Shown here piece by piece: positions 61,343 through 64,000 of a stretch of 64,000 bases of DNA (the first letter of the stretch is position 1; the number at the start of each line of letters is the position of its first letter). A program made the position numbers and the translations under genes. The notes beneath the pieces were generated by a model. The model searched no databases, was not told the DNA's origin, and saw only the letters and a list, made by a program, of their open reading frames with translations. Source of the stretch: Candidatus Zhuqueibacterota bacterium (lineage in GTDB: Bacteria; SM23-31; JBHPGK01); the NCBI GenBank assembly GCA_042570605.1, contig JBHPGK010000001.1:8644-72643 (forward strand), in the 5' to 3' direction.

Positions 61343-61374
61343 AACGCGGACCTGGAGGTTCGCGTTTTTTTTAT
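61343..61374 (+). terminator. Intrinsic terminator / attenuator hairpin immediately upstream of trpB2.
   Basis: aacgcgga-cctggagg-ttcgcgtt is an 8-bp stem (one G-U pair) followed by a T8-A-T4 tract. The RBS AAGGAGG and the trpB2 ATG follow within 25 nt. Confidence 0.55.
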
Positions 61375-61396
61375 TTTCAACAAGGAGGAAACAATT

Positions 61397-62695
61397 ATGG
61401 AAACCAGAAAGACAATGCTCACAGAAACAGAATTACCAAAATTCTATTACAACATTCTTGCCGACCTGGAAAATCCTTTAAGCCCGCCGCTTAATCCCGG
61501 AACAAAAGAACCGATAGGACCCGATGACCTTGCACCGATCTTCCCAATGGGATTGATCCGGCAGGAAGTCTCCACCGAAAGGTTCATTGAAATACCTAAG
61601 GAAGTTCTGGATGTATACAAGATATACCGCCCGACGCCTCTGGTTAGGGCAAGAAACCTCGAAAAACATCTCGACACTCCGGCAAAGATATATTATAAGA
61701 ACGAGAGTGTCAGCCCCACGGGAAGCCATAAAACTAATACTGCTATAGCACAGGCATTTTATAATAAGATTGAGGGAGTAAAAAAACTATCCACAGAAAC
61801 CGGTGCCGGGCAATGGGGCAGCGCACTTTCTTTTGCATGTAATATCTTTGATATGGAGTGCAGTGTTTATATGGTCAGGATAAGTTATGAACAAAAACCC
61901 CACCGGAGAACAATGATGGAGCTTTTTAATGCCAAGATAGTTCCCAGCCCTTCTGACAAGACAAATATAGGACAAAGATTTCTTGCACAGCATCCGGATA
62001 CTCCCGGAAGCCTTGGGATAGCGATCTCTGAAGCTCTTGAAGAAGCTGTTAGCGATGATAATACTAAATACTCTCTCGGCAGCGTTCTAAGCCATGTCCT
62101 GCTTCATCAAACAATTATCGGGCTGGAGACTGAAAAGCAGCTTGAAATTGCAGGTGATGCTCCTGACGTAATAATCGGCTGCTGCGGGGGAGGCAGTAAT
62201 CTCGGAGGCATAAGCTTTCCATTTATTAAACGTAAATTAAAAGGAGAAAATATCAGGGTAATTGCGGTAGAACCAAAGGTATGTCCTTCACTTACATGCG
62301 GAGACTTCAAATATGATTTCGGCGACACAGGAGAGATGACTCCCTTACTGGAAATGTTCAGCCTCGGACATGGATTTGTTCCTCCGCCGATCCATGCCGG
62401 AGGATTGAGATATCATGGCGCAGCACCTCTGGTGAGCAGGCTGGTGAAAGACAAATTGATCGAAGCGCAGTCTTTTGAGCAGACAGAGACTTTTGAGGCA
62501 GGGGCAATTTTTACAAAAACTGAAGGGATAATCCCTGCTCCGGAATCTGCGCATGCAGTCAAATCTGCAATACAAGAAGCTGTTAAATGTAAATCAGAGG
62601 GCAAAAAGAAGGTAATTATATTCAACTTGAGCGGACACGGACATTTTGATATGTCCGCATATGAGAATTATCTGAATAATGGTCTATCTACATAG
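61397..62695 (+). CDS. trpB2: TrpB2-type tryptophan synthase beta-like PLP enzyme.
   Basis: It has the PLP-Lys motif [15 protein letters not shown] and GAGQWGSA, and is 432 aa. The long N-terminal extension is typical of TrpB2 rather than TrpB1. Confidence 0.8.
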   Translation: METRKTMLTETELPKFYYNILADLENPLSPPLNPGTKEPIGPDDLAPIFPMGLIRQEVSTERFIEIPKEVLDVYKIYRPTPLVRARNLEKHLDTPAKIYYKNESVSPTGSHKTNTAIAQAFYNKIEGVKKLSTETGAGQWGSALSFACNIFDMECSVYMVRISYEQKPHRRTMMELFNAKIVPSPSDKTNIGQRFLAQHPDTPGSLGIAISEALEEAVSDDNTKYSLGSVLSHVLLHQTIIGLETEKQLEIAGDAPDVIIGCCGGGSNLGGISFPFIKRKLKGENIRVIAVEPKVCPSLTCGDFKYDFGDTGEMTPLLEMFSLGHGFVPPPIHAGGLRYHGAAPLVSRLVKDKLIEAQSFEQTETFEAGAIFTKTEGIIPAPESAHAVKSAIQEAVKCKSEGKKKVIIFNLSGHGHFDMSAYENYLNNGLST

Positions 62696-63015
62696 ATCTT
62701 TATTCGAAAGACATAATTCTTGAATGCTTTTTTAAAATCTGAAGAATTTATCATGAAGAGCATAGTAAGGTAAATGGTCATTACGAGGGGTCCCGTCCTC
62801 CCGAATTTTCGGGGGGCCGGGGCGCCAGCCTGCCTCTCTCCCTGTACAATCAGGACTCAGAATGACAACTTTTATTACAAATTGGGGATATTAATGTTTT
62901 TATTCAGCAAATTTCTTGAAATTTACTGAAATTTACCTTAAATTCTTAATGTTTTACCGGATATTTTTATAATTATGATATTTTTTAAGAAAAATCTCAT
63001 CCTTGAGGGTTTAAC

Positions 63016-64000
63016 ATGAATAAACTTTTAGATATTTTTTCTTCAGATTCAGATGACATTGAAATTGCAGGAATTAATAATCTTACGCGACTCTGTAAAT
63101 ATCATCCAAAGAAAAAAGATGATTTCTTAGATGGTTTAGAGCTTGCTGAAGACCTTGCAAGTAACGATGGTGTAACTCTATATACCACAGGAACCAATAT
63201 TACTCCGGATAGAATTGCTCGTTTGACGAACCTTCAGGAGAATAATCCAAATATGGTCATGCAGTTCAAACTTAAAAGAAGTCAGCAGTTAATCAGTAAT
63301 TTTAAAGGTGATATCTCAAAAAAATTAATTAAAATTCTTGCATTCAGAAAAAATTATAAAGTATATGCATCTCTAATGGGCTCAATAGAAAAGGATATTG
63401 AACTACTTGTAAATGACCTTCTTGCAGATGAAAATATTGTTTTAAGTATCTATAAAATGAAATTTATAGTTGACTCTTCTGAAAATAAAAATGCTGCCAT
63501 GTATTTTAATCATACAATATCTGTTGTTCTTTTTGCTTATGCAATTGCCAGAACAGGAGAAATGAGAGAGATGCTGAAATTTGAGGATGAAGATTTTAAA
63601 GAACTGCTTAAAGCAGCCTTTTTCCACAATATAGGTGCTATTGTTGACATCGAATCGATCCTCGGATTAGACGAAGGACAACGTGAAATAAAGTATCATG
63701 AATCAAACAGGAACAGCGGTTATTTACTGAACAATGTAAGACTGGGTGTGGATGCTATGGATGCGATCCGATACGTGGGAGAATACTTTTTTAACCAGAC
63801 TGATTTTATTAACCGGGAGGACGATAAAGGAAGCTGGATGGCAAATTTGATCCTGATTGCCGACAAATACGCAAGACTGGAAAGCGGACTTTTTGGAGTA
63901 AAATTAAAACCTTCTCATATTGTTGACAGATTAAATGTAGAAGCAGCAAACAAGAAACTGAATGTCAATGTTGTAAGAGCTTTGACCCTGGTACTAAAAT
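63016..64000 (+). CDS. Hypothetical protein, possibly HD-domain-like; partial, running off the window end.
   Basis: The ORF is open to the window end, with FHNIGAIVD and HTISVV His-containing motifs. Assignment is weak. Confidence 0.3.
   Translation, partial: MNKLLDIFSSDSDDIEIAGINNLTRLCKYHPKKKDDFLDGLELAEDLASNDGVTLYTTGTNITPDRIARLTNLQENNPNMVMQFKLKRSQQLISNFKGDISKKLIKILAFRKNYKVYASLMGSIEKDIELLVNDLLADENIVLSIYKMKFIVDSSENKNAAMYFNHTISVVLFAYAIARTGEMREMLKFEDEDFKELLKAAFFHNIGAIVDIESILGLDEGQREIKYHESNRNSGYLLNNVRLGVDAMDAIRYVGEYFFNQTDFINREDDKGSWMANLILIADKYARLESGLFGVKLKPSHIVDRLNVEAANKKLNVNVVRALTLVLK

Overview
This is a 64 kb window from an AT-rich bacterium of the FCB-group type. The evidence is T9SS C-terminal sorting domains on two secreted proteins, a PorX-like receiver+PglZ regulator, a GWxTD protein and FSCS-type lipoboxes. 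It may be Cloacimonadota-like, with low confidence. No rRNA, tRNA or CRISPR is present. Most genes are on the minus strand. Housekeeping genes are rimI-tsaB-tsaE, nfi, a RecD2-like helicase, argS, cstA, cutA, ggt, a GH38 mannosidase, an M24 peptidase and trpB2. Accessory content: (i) an overlapping AmmeMemoRadiSam cassette (a MEMO1 fused to AMMECR1 protein, a radical SAM enzyme, a DUF362 protein) in which every protein carries a Tat or Sec export signal; (ii) a tandem array of six diverged lipoprotein paralogs with a conserved C-terminal YCHPETGEI motif and near-identical 3' nucleotide ends; (iii) a plus-strand cluster of tdh, kbl, acpS, an Acs-family AMP-ligase, a DltC-like carrier protein and a second Kbl-type alpha-oxoamine synthase, bracketed on both sides by repeat-rich non-coding DNA; (iv) a MacB-type permease lacking an ATPase, with three tandem HlyD-family adaptors; (v) a TetR-controlled HlyD / ABC-ATPase / TolC / ABC-ATPase / ABC-2 permease x2 efflux operon; (vi) a Trp-codon-rich leader peptide plus an intrinsic terminator just upstream of trpB2; (vii) a GNAT/PAT acetyltransferase interrupted by an in-frame TAA; (viii) several families of dispersed palindromic MITE- or REP-like repeats and short tandem repeats in intergenic DNA. 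Everything is inferred by eye from translated motifs; no searches were run.
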